This document shows positions 1-12,539 of a stretch of 64,000 nt of DNA, one piece after another. The notes under the pieces were generated by a model. The model had not been told where the DNA came from, made no database searches, and worked only from the letters and a program-made list of their open reading frames with translations. Position numbers and translations under genes: made by a program. Location of the stretch: assembly GCF_006345805.1 (NCBI RefSeq), contig NC_043006.1:38130001-38194000 (forward strand), read 5' to 3'. The stretch comes from Octopus sinensis (lineage: Eukaryota). Position 1 is the stretch's first letter; each line of letters begins with the position of its first letter.

Positions 1-470
1 ATTGTACAAAGGCAAAGAAGATACAGGTCCTGGTTTAACACATTTTGAATTCATCACTGTTTCATTCATGAAAGAATGGTTGAGAGAAGGTCACATGCTG
101 TTCATAAGTAATCTTTATTCTTGTGTAGCAACAACAAGATTTCTCCTTGGAAAACAAACATATGGCACATATAAAGCACCCACTATACTCTCGGAGTGGT
201 TGGTGTTAGGAAGGGCATCCAGCTGTAGAAATCTTGCTAGATCATATTGGAACCTGGTGCAGCCTACTGGCTTGCCAGTCCTCAGTCAAACCCATGCCAG
301 CATGGAAAATAGACTTAAAACAACAACGATGATGATGATGTATGTGGTATATTGAGAAGTAACAGAAATGGAAATCCTAAAAGTATCACTGTCAAGAAAC
401 TGTAATAAGGTGAGACAGTTGGTAAAGAAGAATCAGATGGTATAAAGATTATGAAACGGAAGGACAAATG
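1..470 (+). pseudogene. Decayed piggyBac-like transposase fragment, split by a SINE at 164-339
   Basis: Joining 2-163 to 340-470 gives LYKGKEDTGPGLTH...MKEWLREGHMLFISNLYSCVATTRFLLGKQTY|VCGILRSNRNGNPKSITVKKL**GETV...GIKIMKRKDKC. This follows the piggyBac pattern GH.LY.DN.Y.S...TY.CGT.R.NR.G.P...KL.KGE...KWKDKR. In-frame stops are present. Confidence 0.75.
164..339 (+). mobile_element. SINE-like family C, 3' part with (GAT)n tail
   Basis: Shares ggttggtgttaggaagggcatccagctgtagaaa...cccatgccagcatggaaaa...gatgatgatg with many copies in the window. Removing it restores the piggyBac frame. Confidence 0.8.
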
Positions 471-478
471 CTATAATA

Positions 479-672
479 CAGTGCTTCATAAATTATGGGT
501 CACGATACCATTTGGGGTTGCAAAGCAAAATGCTGGGGTTGTGAAAATTAAATTCAAACACTTGAATTTCAGTCTATATGTTATTTCACAAACACATATT
601 TAAAACCTGGGGTCACGAAAAATCTGTTGATGAAAAATGGGGTCATGAATGAAAAAAGTTTAAGAAGTGTTG
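479..672. mobile_element. hAT (Charlie-like) MITE with 8-bp TSD
   Basis: Perfect direct repeat ctataata at 471-478 and 673-680. Imperfect TIRs cagtgcttcataaa / tttaagaagtgttg. Sits at the edge of a SINE-A fragment (ctataatagaagacacttgc). Confidence 0.8.
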
Positions 673-1129
673 CTATAATAGAAGACACTTGCTCAATGTG
701 ACACATGGTGGGATCGAACCCACTACCATAGGGTTGAGAAGGCAGCTTCATAACCATGCAGCTATAAAAAATATGAATGAAGAGATGAAAAAGAAAGAAA
801 TAAAAGAGGGAGAAGAAACAAGCAGAAAGTGAAGAAATAGTTCTTTACACTGACATGCCTCTCTGTATAACCTCAACCTATTTTCCCCACACCCCAACCC
901 AATGTCCCTCAAGGGTCTCTCCTGGCACATCTTTACCACAATCTTTCTCAATATTGCTCTCCTTATCCTACTTTCTGACACACCTGCTCTCTTTCTTACT
1001 CCCTAACTCATCCCCTTTTCTTTTTCATCCAGAGTATCTGCTCCACAGTAAAACACCAACCTCTGTCCCCCTATTATCTCTAATCTCTCATCAACTGGTA
1101 TAAAAGCACCCCACCACCACCACCATCGC

Positions 1130-1755
1130 CACTACAACTCCCTTGTCCCAGTTGAGAGGGATTTTGTCTCGTAAGTTACTTGTTGATCCTGTCAGTGTTG
1201 GTGCCATGTAAAATGCACTGGTGCTGGTTCCACACAAAAAGCACCCAGAACACTCTGTAATGTGGTTGGCATTAAGAAAGGCATCCTGCCACAGAAACCA
1301 GGCCCAAACACATGACTGGAACCTGAGGCAGCTCTCCAACTTGCCAGCTTTGGTCAAACTGTCCAACCTATGCCAGCATGGAAAGCATATGCTAAATGGT
1401 GATTTGGCCGATGCCAGCCCCGCCCCGACTGGCTTCTGTGCTGGTGGCACATAAAAAGCACCATCCGAACGTTGCCAGCACCGCCTTGGCTGGCTTCCGT
1501 GCCGCTGGCACGTTAAAAGCTCCAACCGATCGTGGCTGATGCCGGACTCCCCCTGGCACCTGTGCAGGCGGCACGTAAAAAGCACCCACTACACTCGCGG
1601 AGTGGTTGGCATTAGGAAGGGCATCCAGCCATAGAAACTCTGCCAGATCAGACTGGAGCCTGGAGCAGCCCCAGGCTTCCCAGACCCCAGTCGAACCATC
1701 CAACCCGTGCTAGCGCGGAAAACGGACGTTAAACGATGATGATGATGATGATGAT
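1130..1755 (+). mobile_element. SINE-like family C, long copy with internal duplicated gtgccac/aaaagcacc modules and (GAT)n tail
   Basis: Repeated motifs ggcacgtaaaaagcacc, ttaggaagggcatccagcc and aaacggacgttaaacgatgatgatg. Confidence 0.75.
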
Positions 1756-2229
1756 AAGGAAATTATGTAACAAATGGAAAGTACGAGTGCGACATGTCCT
1801 CAGACACATTTAGGCAAGTATTAATTCCAAGTAAGAACTGACTCGGATGGTGACAATTCATCCAACCTGTGACAGAATGGAAGGCAGACAGAAAATGAAG
1901 ACAATGGACCAGAACAAATGAATAGATAAATAAATAAAAAAATTGAAGTGATCCTACAAATGAATAAATAAAAATATATTTAAACAAATTCTATATAAAA
2001 AAAATAAACATGAAATGGAAAACAAAAGAGAAAAAAAAACCGCAAAAACTCCCAACAAACCTTAAATAAATAAATAAATGTTGAATTAATTAAGTTTACC
2101 AATTTAACGAATTCCGAAAGTGATGAAGACAGTTTCTCTAAGACTTGAAAGACTTTTAACTGTCCAAACAATATCAAACAGAATTCAGTACCGAGAACAG
2201 CATGGGGAAATGAGAGGGTGACAGGGACG

Positions 2230-2960
2230 AAAGGTGATGGTGATGGTGATGGTGATGGAGGTGGTGATGGTGGAGGTGGTGATGGTGGAGGTAGTGATAG
2301 TGGTGGTGGCGATGGTACTGGTGGTAGCAATATTAATAGTGGATTTGCTGGTGGTGATGGTGATAGTAGTGGCAGTAGTAGTGATGGCAATGGTGGTGGT
2401 GATAGCAAACATTAATAGTGGATTTGCTGGTGGTGGTGGTGATGATAGTGATAGTGGTGGTAATGGTGGCAGTAGTGATAGCAATATTAATAGTGGATTT
2501 GCCGGTTGTGCTGGTGGTGGTGGTGGTGGTGGTGGTGGCTGTGAGGATAAAAGCAAGGTCATAGCACCAGTGAAAGTATTAATGATGGTGGAGGTGGTTT
2601 CGATTGTGGTCTCTTGATGATGGCGGAAGAGGAGTCAATGATAGTTAAGGTGGAGGTAGCAAGAGTGGTAGAGAAAGTAGTAAAATTGGTGGTGATGGTG
2701 GAGGTGGTTTAAGTTATGGTGGTAGTGAGGAAGAGGTGATTAGTTGCTGTAACAATGTCTCGGAAGTGCTGTAGTCACGGTGGTGGTGGTGGTAGTGGGT
2801 GTGATGGTGTTGGCGGTGATTTTGTGGTTGTGGTCATATGGTGGTGGTGGTGAGGAAAAGGTGATTAGTTGCTGTAGTAATGTCTCGGAAGTACTAGTAG
2901 TAGTCGTGGTGGTGGGGGGGTGATGGTGTTGGTGGTGGCTATGGTGGTAGTGGTGGTGCT
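2230..2960. repeat. (GGT/GAT)n low-complexity tract with internal repeated units
   Basis: Unit attaatagtggatttgc occurs three times (~2332, 2412, 2487). Unit aggtgattagttgctgta..aatgtctcggaagt occurs twice (~2734, 2860). Confidence 0.85.
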
Positions 2961-3879
2961 GATGGGGTTAGCTTTATGAAGAAAAGAAATTAGTTCATTG
3001 TGGTTAATTAAATTAATAAGTTCCGGGATTTTTCTTTTGTACAAGGGTTGGGTTGGATTAACATGGAAATTAATTGGCCATATATGAACACACACATGCA
3101 CATACTCATAGATAAATACACATAGATGTGATACATACACACTGAAACACACTTATATATACATAACAGGTAGATGGAAAACTTTATACACTTGCACCAA
3201 CTTAGAATATTACATTCTCTCTTTCCACACGCGACTGGATGATGCTCAAAATAGTTGATGAACCAACTAGAGAAATGGCAGTCAAGTCTCCCTCAAGGGG
3301 CACGTTGGCTTATGGGGTCCTCGATACACTCTGCTATTGTTCTTTTATATTTGCTTTTTCCACCTTGGCAAGGGTTAGGTGAGATATACTGAGACAACAT
3401 TCAATGGCTGGATGCCTTTCCTGCTGCAAACCTGCGCTTGTTTTGCAAGTAAGGTACTGTTAGTTCTTCTGCCCCACCCCATTGGTCTTCAAATGAAATT
3501 GCTGGGCTACAGAACATAGTGAGCATGTGAGACATGAATGATGCATCAATGCTCAGAGCGTCTATGTGAAGACACACAGATACACACACACACACACACA
3601 CACACAGATGACTGTTTCTGTCTCTCACTACATGTCGTCATCATCATTTAGCATCCGGTTTTCATGCTGGTATGAGTTGATAGGAGCTGGCAAGCCAGAG
3701 AGCTTCACCAGACTTCAACTGTTTGTTTTCGCATGGTTTCTATGACTGGATGTCCTTCCTAACACCAATCACTTTACAGAGTGTACTGTGTGGATGCATG
3801 TGTGTGTGCTAACAACTCAGCTACTAAATGGGTCCACCTGTTGTTTGCAAACTTTGTGACATGTCTGGCCCAATCATGA

Positions 3880-4232
3880 CACTCCGTCGGTTACGACGAC
3901 GAGGGTTCCAGTTGATCTGACTAATGAAACAGCCTGCTCGTGAAATTAATGTGCAAGTGGCTGAGCACTCCACAGACACGTGTACCCTTAATGCAACTCT
4001 CGGGCATATTCAGCATGACACAGAATGCGACAAGGCTGGCCCTTTGAAATACAGGTACAACAGAAACAGGAAGGAAGAGTGAGAAAAAACACCTAAAGCT
4101 CCACGTGCAAGAGACATGTGGAGCTTTAGGTGTTTTCACTTAATAAACACTTACAATGTCTAGTCTGGGAATCGAAATCGCGATCCTATGACCGTGAGTC
4201 CACTGCCCTAACCACTGGGCCAATGCACCTCC
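3880..4232 (-). mobile_element. tRNA-derived SINE family E
   Basis: Minus-strand head tggaggtgcattggcccagtggttagggcagtggactc...ggtttcgattcccagac has A/B-box-like motifs. The body is shared with copies at ~11190, 13225, 17080, 22365, 23870 and 29680. Confidence 0.75.
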
Positions 4233-4819
4233 AAGCTGGCCCAATAGAACTTGTACATATTCTAATATAATTCAATCACATTATCCACTTGTCTACTTTT
4301 TTCATACTAACTCACTTCAGATATGCTCTCACAGTGATATCACTAGCATGGATCTTTCCATGGCTCTTTGCATCTTAGCTAAATGATGTACAAGAAATCA
4401 GGAAAAAAATTTTTTTAAACCCACAAGAAGAGCCCACACAATGATGGGAAGATGTATTAGTCAAATGATTTGGGACAAGGTGGAAAAGGTACAATCAAAT
4501 AAGAATTTGAAGCACATTGTAACAAGTGTTATATAAAAAGATCCTGTATTCTGCTTGATACAGGCGATATAAAATAATGGCATACCTGGTGTTTCCAGAT
4601 GGAGAATGTAGTCAGAAACTGTTCTTAATGAAGGTATGTTCGGTTTAAAAGAACATTATTGGATTACTCTTAGAAATTTATCTTTCATGTAAGAAATAGA
4701 ATTATTATCCAATACATTTTTAGCAGTATACCAGTCTGGCACCGAATGTATTGTGCTACAGACACACACAAGAGCGCACGTGCACACACACACACACACA
4801 CAGATACAACAACAACAAC

Positions 4820-4850
<31 letters not shown>

Positions 4851-4868
4851 GTAATAATGATAATAATG

Positions 4869-4922
<54 letters not shown>

Positions 4923-4924
<2 letters not shown>

Positions 4925-5428
4925 TGGAAGTGTTATCATGTACATTGTTTTGTCTTGGTATAAAAGATGGGCTACAGCAAATATTCTGCTCAATACCACA
5001 GATTTGCTTGTCAGTTGTTTGACCTTAACCAGTTGAGCATGTCCCTTAGTGGCTGACGATATGTGCATCTCTGATCACGAGCAGAAGTAGTGGGGGAGCA
5101 TCATAGCCATGTGTTGAGAGGGATTCTTTGGGGTTTGAATAGTTCACCTCTGGAAACATGGGTGGTTCTTTCAACATCCTTAAACAACCCTTATTCAGGG
5201 ACCGTTTGAGCAGGATGGGCTACTCAAAATGAAGAAAATTCTAACTGGGCCCCACCTGCAAGGTCATGTGCTGTTTATCTTGATATGAGATCACCATGTC
5301 GCGCACATATGGTTGTGATGCATGTGCCTGGTGTACCTTTATCAGACGGGTAGTCATGATGGGTATATTGGGCTTCGTATATTTTACCCCAGTGTCACTT
5401 TGATGGCATGAACTGCTCTCTCACTCAA
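4923..5428 (+). mobile_element. Non-autonomous retroposon family D, 5'-truncated copy flanked by (AAT)n
   Basis: Near-identical to 5584-6088 and similar to 31030-31580. Ends in ctgctctctcactcaa followed by (AAT)n. Confidence 0.8.
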
Positions 5429-5540
5429 TGATAATAATAATAATAATAAAAAGCATGGAAGTGTAGCATGTGGTGCAGAAGAAATTTGCCTGAAACTATC
5501 AAATAATAATAACAATAATAATAATAATAATAATAATAAT

Positions 5541-6086
5541 ATGCAGTACCAGGCAGTGGCTCTCATGGCTTCTGATCTTAACTGATTGGAAGTGTTATCA
5601 TGTACATTGTTTTGTCTTGGTATAAAAGATGGGCTACAGCAAATATTCTGCTCAATACCACAGATTTGCTTGTCAGTTGTTTGACCTTAACCAGTTGAGC
5701 ATGTCCCTTAGTGGCTGACGATATGTACATCTCTGATCACGAGCAGAAGTAGTGGGGGAGCATCATAGCCATGTGTGAGAGGGATTCTTTGGGGTTGAAT
5801 AATTCACCTCTGGAAACACGGGTGGTTCTTTCAACATCCTTAAACAATCCTTATTCAGGGACCTTTTGAGCGGGATGGGCTACTCAACCTGAAGAAAATT
5901 CTAACTGGGCCCCACCTGCAAGGTCATATGCTGTTTATCTTGATATGAGATCACCATGTCGCGCACATATGGTTGTGATGCATGTGCCTGGTGTACCTTT
6001 ATCAGACGGGTAGTCATGATGGGTATATTGGGCTTCGTATATTTTACCCCAGTGTCACTTTGATGGCATGAACTGCTCTCTCACTC

Positions 6087-6088
<2 letters not shown>
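5541..6088 (+). mobile_element. Non-autonomous retroposon family D, second tandem copy flanked by (AAT)n
   Basis: gcagtaccaggcagtggctctcatggc...ctctctcactcaa; almost base-identical to the preceding copy. Confidence 0.8.
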
Positions 6089-6130
<42 letters not shown>

Positions 6131-6409
6131 AGAACTTTGTAATTTAACAGTGTGAATGACATACTAAATCCAAACAAACTAAGTAAGAACACAAGATTAA
6201 GTACATGTGGAATCTGTTACAGTTCCTTTGCAACTATTATCTCATACTGTTGATATTCTTTAATTCTTAAAATTTATTGGTAAATGAATAAAGTCTAGAT
6301 CAGTGGTTCTCAACTGCTGCTCCTGGGGAGGCACACAGCCCTCAGGCTTCCTTCCAGCAGCCCCCAATGGTCTTCTCTCTATGAAGGCTTTTATTTTTTT
6401 TATTCTTTT

Positions 6410-6803
6410 ATTTGTTTCTGCCATTTGACTGCGGCCATGCTGGAGCACCGCCTTTAGTCAAACAAATCGACCCCAAGACTTATTCTTTGTAAGCCTAGTA
6501 CTTATTCTATTGGTCTCTTATGCCAAACTGCTAAGTTACGGTGATGTAAACACACTAGCATCAGTTGTCAATCGATGTTGGAGGGTCAAGCACAGACACA
6601 CAAACATATACACACACACGTATATATATACATATATACAATGGGCTTCTTTCAGTTTCTGTCTGCCAAATCCACTCACAAGGCTTTGGTCAGCCTGAGG
6701 CTTTAGTAGAAAACACTTGCCCAAGGTGCCATGTGGTGGGACTGAACCCGGAACCATGTGGTTGGTAAGCAAGCAACTTACCACACAGCCATGCCTGCGC
6801 CTA
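6410..6803 (-). mobile_element. tRNA-derived SINE family A (central (AT/AC)n microsatellite)
   Basis: Reverse complement of the consensus ggctgtgtggtaag...ggttccgggttcagtccc...gcaagtgtcttctactatagc...gcggtgctccagcatggccgcagtcaaatg. Confidence 0.9.
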
Positions 6804-7719
6804 TAAGATATGTGTTCTCATGTCAGGAATCAAACTTGGGCTACCTGGGTGAAAGCCAGGAATCCTACAAACTAGACCACATATGAATATAAATTTTTCT
6901 TTAACTGACTTGTTTTACTTTTTTTGGTGCAGCCCCACCCCACAAAAAAGAAACATTCTAGTTTTGGATTTGGCCTGGATATTATAAAAGTTGAGCACTA
7001 CCAACTTAGACAGTCATAAAATGAATCATTCACAGAAATAAAATCAACCTTATAAACGCATGGAAGCAAGACAGCCTTCACATCCAAATATAGGAACTGC
7101 AATACCAACAACAATAAAAAATTCCAATTGCAAGGATTCCATGCTTATATGAGGCTAGACCCATTACTTCCTGCAGAATTATGTACATTGTCATGTCAAT
7201 ACACCATCATCACCTTTAATGTTCATTTTTCTATACTTGCATGGGTCAGAGTTTAGGGCATCCAGCTGTAAAAACCTTGCCAAAACTGACCTCACCTGTG
7301 CTTGTGCCACATAAAAAGCATTAAATTCACTCTGCTAAGTTAGGAAGAGCAGCCAGCTGTAAAAATTCTGCCAAAACAGTCACAGAAGTCTGATGCAGAC
7401 TTCTGCCTGACTAGCTCAGCATGGAAGGTGGATATTAAATGATGACGATGATATATATGATGGGCTTCTTTCAGTTTCCATTAACCAAATTCACCTACCT
7501 GGCTTTGATTAGCCAAAGGATATAACAGATGCTTGCCCAAGGTGCCAAATAGTGGACTGAATTTGAAACAACATGGTAGTGAAACAAATTTCTCACCACA
7601 TAGCTATTTATGCACCTGTATGAACTTCCAAGTTCTGCAGGATGGCCATGAAGCTGATATTTGAGAAAGAAAAAAACAAAACAAAAAAATTAAGAATAGA
7701 GAAATAAACAAAAAAAAAT

Positions 7720-8100
7720 TTGCCAAACTGGTTGAGAAGTGCAAGACATGAACCTAAGATTGAAGGATTCTTGATTGTGGTACCAAATAAAAGCCTGCCC
7801 TCCACAAACCATTATATGCATTTAATGAAACAGAATTTCTTACAGATGGAAAGTAATTACAGTCTGGATGAAATTAATGGAATATCTGTTTCTTCTTTTC
7901 TTTTTCTTTTCTATTACTGTAGAATGTGTGAAAATTAGGAAGAAACAATTAATCACATTGGCTACAGTTGGTCAGTATTTGCCAGAAATAATGTCGCCAA
8001 TTGTTTCTTCCCAATTTCCAAGGATGATGCCACTGGGAGTTCCATACACAGGAAGAATGTCCAGTTTGACGACTGGGAATATGAAATTTGATTACAAAAT
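7720..8100 (+). pseudogene. Decayed RLE-clade (R4/Dong/NeSL-like) non-LTR retrotransposon, zinc-knuckle region
   Basis: WLRSARHEPKIEGFLIVVPNKSLPSTNHYMHLMKQN...CRMCEN*EETINHI follows the RLE-element pattern WL...L..ETEGF..A.QDQ.L.T.NY...I...CR.C...EETI.HI. Stops and indels are present. Confidence 0.65.
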
Positions 8101-8823
8101 GTGAAATGATGGCTGCAATAACCATAAACAACACTTGCTCCTCAGCATTAAATACTGTCTGGAACTTCTCACCTATATATATACACACACACATGCACGT
8201 TCATGCATGCACATGCACACACAGATATGATAGAGTGTGAGATAGAGTAGTGATGTGGAAATGATGCCAACTTCATAAACTACTCACGGGAAAGTGATGG
8301 TACAAACATACATTTTAAAAAGTCTCTTAGAATGACAAAAGACAAGCCAATTCATGCAGTCAGGGAGATTAAGGAAAATCATCCAGATATTGTTATGGAA
8401 GCCCTTCAGGGAAAAAAAACAAGATGTCTTCTATTCATTGTGTGAACAAATTGATGACAATATATTTCTAAAGGAAATAAAGAAACGATACAAATATGAA
8501 TATTTGGTATGAAAATAAGTAGAATGTGAGGATTGAAAATACAAATAATCCGCTAAATAAAAGATTTTCTGAGAATGATTAACAAGAATGCAAACAAACA
8601 CATAACCAAACCAAAACCCAACCATAAAAGATGTGTATTCTATGCAACTTTTCCCTAATTTCAAATTGAAGCTTCTAATTCCGCCAAATACTATGAAGAT
8701 GTGATTATCTCCAATATACATTAATACAACATACGAAAAGAAAAAAAAGTATTACAATGCAATGAACACATATCAGGTAGTATATTGTTTCATAAGTCAT
8801 CTTCTCTTATGACCCCTGTTTGT

Positions 8824-8983
8824 CGGAGTGGCTGTGTGGTAAGTAGCTTGTTTACCAACCACATGGTTCCAGGTTCAGTCCCACTGTGTGGGACCTTGGG
8901 CAAGTGTCTTCTACTATAGCCTCGGGCCGACCAAAGCCTTGTGAGTGGATTTGGTAGACGGAAACTGAAAGAAGCCCGTCGTA

Positions 8984-9023
<40 letters not shown>

Positions 9024-9228
9024 TGTCTGTGTTTGTCCCCCTAGCATTGCTTGACACCCGATGCTGGTGCGTTTATGCCCCCGTTACTTAGCGGTTCGGC
9101 AAAGGAGAACGATAGAATAAGTACTGGGCTTACAAAAGAATAAATCCCGGGGTCGAGTTGCTCGATTAAAGGCGGTGCTCCAGCATGGCCGCAGTCAAAT
9201 GACTGAAACAAGTAAAAGAGTAAAGAGT
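8824..9228 (+). mobile_element. SINE family A, full length
   Basis: ggagtggctgtgtggtaag head, (AT)n centre, gactgaaacaagtaaaagagtaaagagt tail. Confidence 0.9.
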
Positions 9229-9424
9229 ATATGACCACCTTTACATATTACAAAATTCAATCTGTATTAATGAAATTGGTTTGGTAAGACTGACATATCA
9301 GTTTATCACGACCTGTCAGTCTGCTATAGTCACTACACCCTCCTCCTCCCTCACTGAGCCCCACAAAGGTTTTAGCATTTCAATAAATAATAAATTAATT
9401 AAAAATATGATGCTGATTGTCTGC

Positions 9425-9426
9425 TA

Positions 9427-9466
<40 letters not shown>

Positions 9467-10270
9467 ATGCGTGTAACTGTATGAGACTGGGTGTTTCAGT
9501 GTTTGTGTGTGTACACGTAACTGTATGAGACCGTGTGTGTACGTAACTGTATGAGACTGTATATGTGTGTGTGTGTGTGTGCACGCATAACTGTACGAGA
9601 TTGTGTGTCTGTATGTGTGTTGCTTGTAACTGTATGAAACTGTGTGTACGTGTGTGTGCGTGCATGTGTACCTGTATGGAACTGCATATTTGTGCGTGAG
9701 ACACTGTGTGTGTGTGTGTGTGTGAGTGTAACTGTATGAGACTGCATGTGTTTGTGTGTGCATATAACTGTGTGAGACTGTGTGTGTGTGTGTGTGTGCG
9801 AAACAATAATTGAATGTGTATGTTGGTATCTGTATGTTTAACATACAGACTGCGTGTGGAATGTCTGCTGATATCTGTGTGTGTGTGTGTATGTGTGTGA
9901 GTTGTTATCTGTGTACGTTTGTGCAATTCTCTGCTGATATCTGTGCATGTGTGTGTGTGTGTGTGAGTGTAACTGTATGAGACTGCATGTGTTTGTGTGT
10001 GCATATAACTGTGTGAGACTCTGTGTGTGTGTGTGTGTGTGTGCGAAACAATAATTGAATGTGTATGTTGGTATCTGTATGTTTAACATACAGACTGCGT
10101 GTGGAATGTCTGCTGATATCTGTGTGTGTGTGTGTGTATGTGTGTGAGTTGTGTACGTTTGTGCAATTCTCTGCTGATACCTGTGCATGTGTGTGTATTT
10201 ATATATGTATGCATGTGTGTATGCATTAAACGAATAGACTGTTGGTATGTGTACGTAACAATATGTGACA
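9425..10270. repeat. Compound (GT)n satellite with gtaactgtatgagact units and a ~245-bp tandem duplication
   Basis: Unit gtaactgta(t/c)gagac is repeated about 8 times; ~9700-9948 is nearly identical to ~9949-10188. Confidence 0.85.
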
Positions 10271-10313
10271 GTGTTTGAGTGTGTATGTGCATATGTTGTT
10301 ATCTGTCTATGTT

Positions 10314-10706
10314 TACTCTTTTACTTGTTTCAGTCATTTGACTGCGGCCATGCTGGAGCACCACCTTTAATCGAGCAACTCGACCCCTGGACTTATTCTT
10401 TTGTAAGCCCAGTACTTATTCTATCGGTCTCTTTTGCCGAACCGCTAGGTAATGGGGACATAAACACCAGCATCGGTTGTCAAGCAATGCTAGGGGGACA
10501 AACACAGACACACAAACACACACACGCATATATATACATATATACGACGGGCTTCTTTCAGTTTCCGTCTACCAAATCCACTCACAAGGCTTTGGTCGGC
10601 CCGAGGCTATAGTAGAAGACACTTGCCCATGGTCCCACACAGTGGGACTGAACCCGGAACCATGTGGTTGGTAAACAAGCTACTTACTACACAGCCACTC
10701 CTGCGC
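10314..10706 (-). mobile_element. SINE family A, full length, probable TSD ctatgttt
   Basis: Consensus match; ctatgttt occurs at both ends. Confidence 0.85.
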
Positions 10707-11189
10707 CTATGTTTGTATATCAATAGATTATGCAATAGTCAGCTGGTATCTGCTGGTGCGTGGCTTAGCGGTTAGGGTATTTGGCTTACAATTGTGGGTT
10801 CCAAAACCAGCAGCACGTTGTTACACAGTACTCCTCCAGTTCACTCAGCCGGAAAAAGTGAGTTGTACCTGTTAATCACAAGGGCCAGCTTTGTAAGCAA
10901 TAAAACAATATAACTCACATGTGCTTATCAGCTTGGCTCCCTGTCAGTGGTTCCCAAAGTGGGCAGTATTGTCCCCCCAGCGTTGAAGAAAAGTGGGACA
11001 AAAATGGGGTAGCAATTCACGTAAAAATTGGGGTAATAATGGGGAAGTGATTCATGTAAAAACAACAAAATAATGGGTCCATTAGGTTAAGTTTTTAATT
11101 TTGAAACACAGTGGCTTTGAATTTACTCCAGAAAGAGGTCTATGCTTGCGATGGTCAGTCTGGATGGGGGACGCTAAGAATGTGGCCTG

Positions 11190-11530
11190 AGTGTCAGCCC
11201 AAGAAAGTGTGGGAACCATTGAGTTAAATGACGAAGGTTCCAGTTGATGTGATCAATGGAACAGCCTGCTTGTGAAATTAACATGCGAGTGGCTGAGCAC
11301 TCCACAGACATGCGTACCCTTAATATAGTTCTCAGGGAGAACAGAATGACACAGAATGTGGCAAGGCTGGCCCCTCTGTAATTACAGGTACAACTCATTT
11401 TTGTCAGCTGAGTTGACTGGAGCCACATGAAATAAAGTATTTTGCACAAGAACACAATGAACTGCCAGGAAGAGAACTCACAACCATACAATTGTGAGCC
11501 GAATACCTTAAACATTAAGCCATGCACCTT
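11190..11530 (-). mobile_element. SINE family E, degraded
   Basis: gggttccagttgat...gtggctgagcactccacagac...caaggctggccc as at 3900-4050. Confidence 0.65.
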
Positions 11531-11644
11531 CACAAATACTAGCAACTATTAGAACCTCTCTGCAAGGTAGAACTCACCGAAAACAGTTACCTGTATGTAA
11601 ACACTAAGAACAATATTTCGCGCTCACACTCTCTCTCTGTTCTG

Positions 11645-12005
11645 TTCTCTTTTACTTGTTTCAGTCATTTGACTGTGGCCATGCTGGAGCACCGCGTTTA
11701 GTCAAGCAAATCGACTATTACTTATTCTATCAGTCACTTTTGCCGAACCTCTAGGTTACAGGGACCTAAACACACCAGCATCGGTTGTCAAGCGATGTTG
11801 GGGTACAAACACAAACACACAAACACACACACACATATATATACAACAGGCTTCTTTCAGTTTCCGTCTACCAAATCCACTCACAAGGTTTTGGTCGGCC
11901 TGAGGCTATAGTAGAAGACACTTGCCCAAGGTACCATGCAGTGGGACTGAACCCAGATCCATGTGGTTCGTAAGCAAGCTACTTAACACACAGCCACTCC
12001 TAAGC
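11645..12005 (-). mobile_element. SINE family A
   Basis: Consensus match with an internal deletion. Confidence 0.85.
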
Positions 12006-12139
12006 CTACGTTCTGTTGTGATAGTGAAATTACTAACACGCAATGCAGAAGAAAAACAAAAATAGATATTCTATGATTTTAATGAAGATTAATTATTTTC
12101 TGTCTATTAGAAATGTCTTATTAGTAATCATCATCATCA

Positions 12140-12530
12140 ACATCATCATCATCATCATTTAATGTCCATTGTCTATGCTGGCATGGGTTGGACGGTTTGA
12201 CTGGGGGTGACATGCTGGAAGGTTGCATCAGACTCCAGTCTAATTTGGCATGGTTTTCTATGGCTGGATGTCCTTCCTAATGGCAACCACTCCAAGAGTG
12301 TAATGAGTGTCTTTACGTGCCATTTGCATGACACCGGGGTGCATTTACATGCCACTGGCACGGGTGCCAGTTAGCGTGACACTGGTATCTGCCATGACTG
12401 TGATTTTGCTCAGCTTGATGGATCTTCTTCTCAATCATGACATAATGCCAAAGGTCTTGGTCATTGCCTCCATGAGGCCCAACACTCAAAAGGAACTCAA
12501 CCACCCTGCCTCTGTGAGGCCCAACACAAT
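12140..12530 (-). mobile_element. SINE-like family C
   Basis: catcatcatcatttaatgtcc...catgggttggacggtttgactgg...ggctggatgtccttcctaa. Confidence 0.75.
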
Positions 12531-12539
12531 AATAATTAT

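Noticed and set aside
2185-2960. Gly-rich or Pro/Thr-rich ORFs as structural proteins
   Set aside because: Open frames on both strands arise from GGT/GAT trinucleotide repeats. The same applies to 21699-22109 and 55331-55965.
4311-4375. Minus-strand segment with good acceptor and donor as a C7orf25 exon
   Set aside because: Stop codons occur in all three frames.
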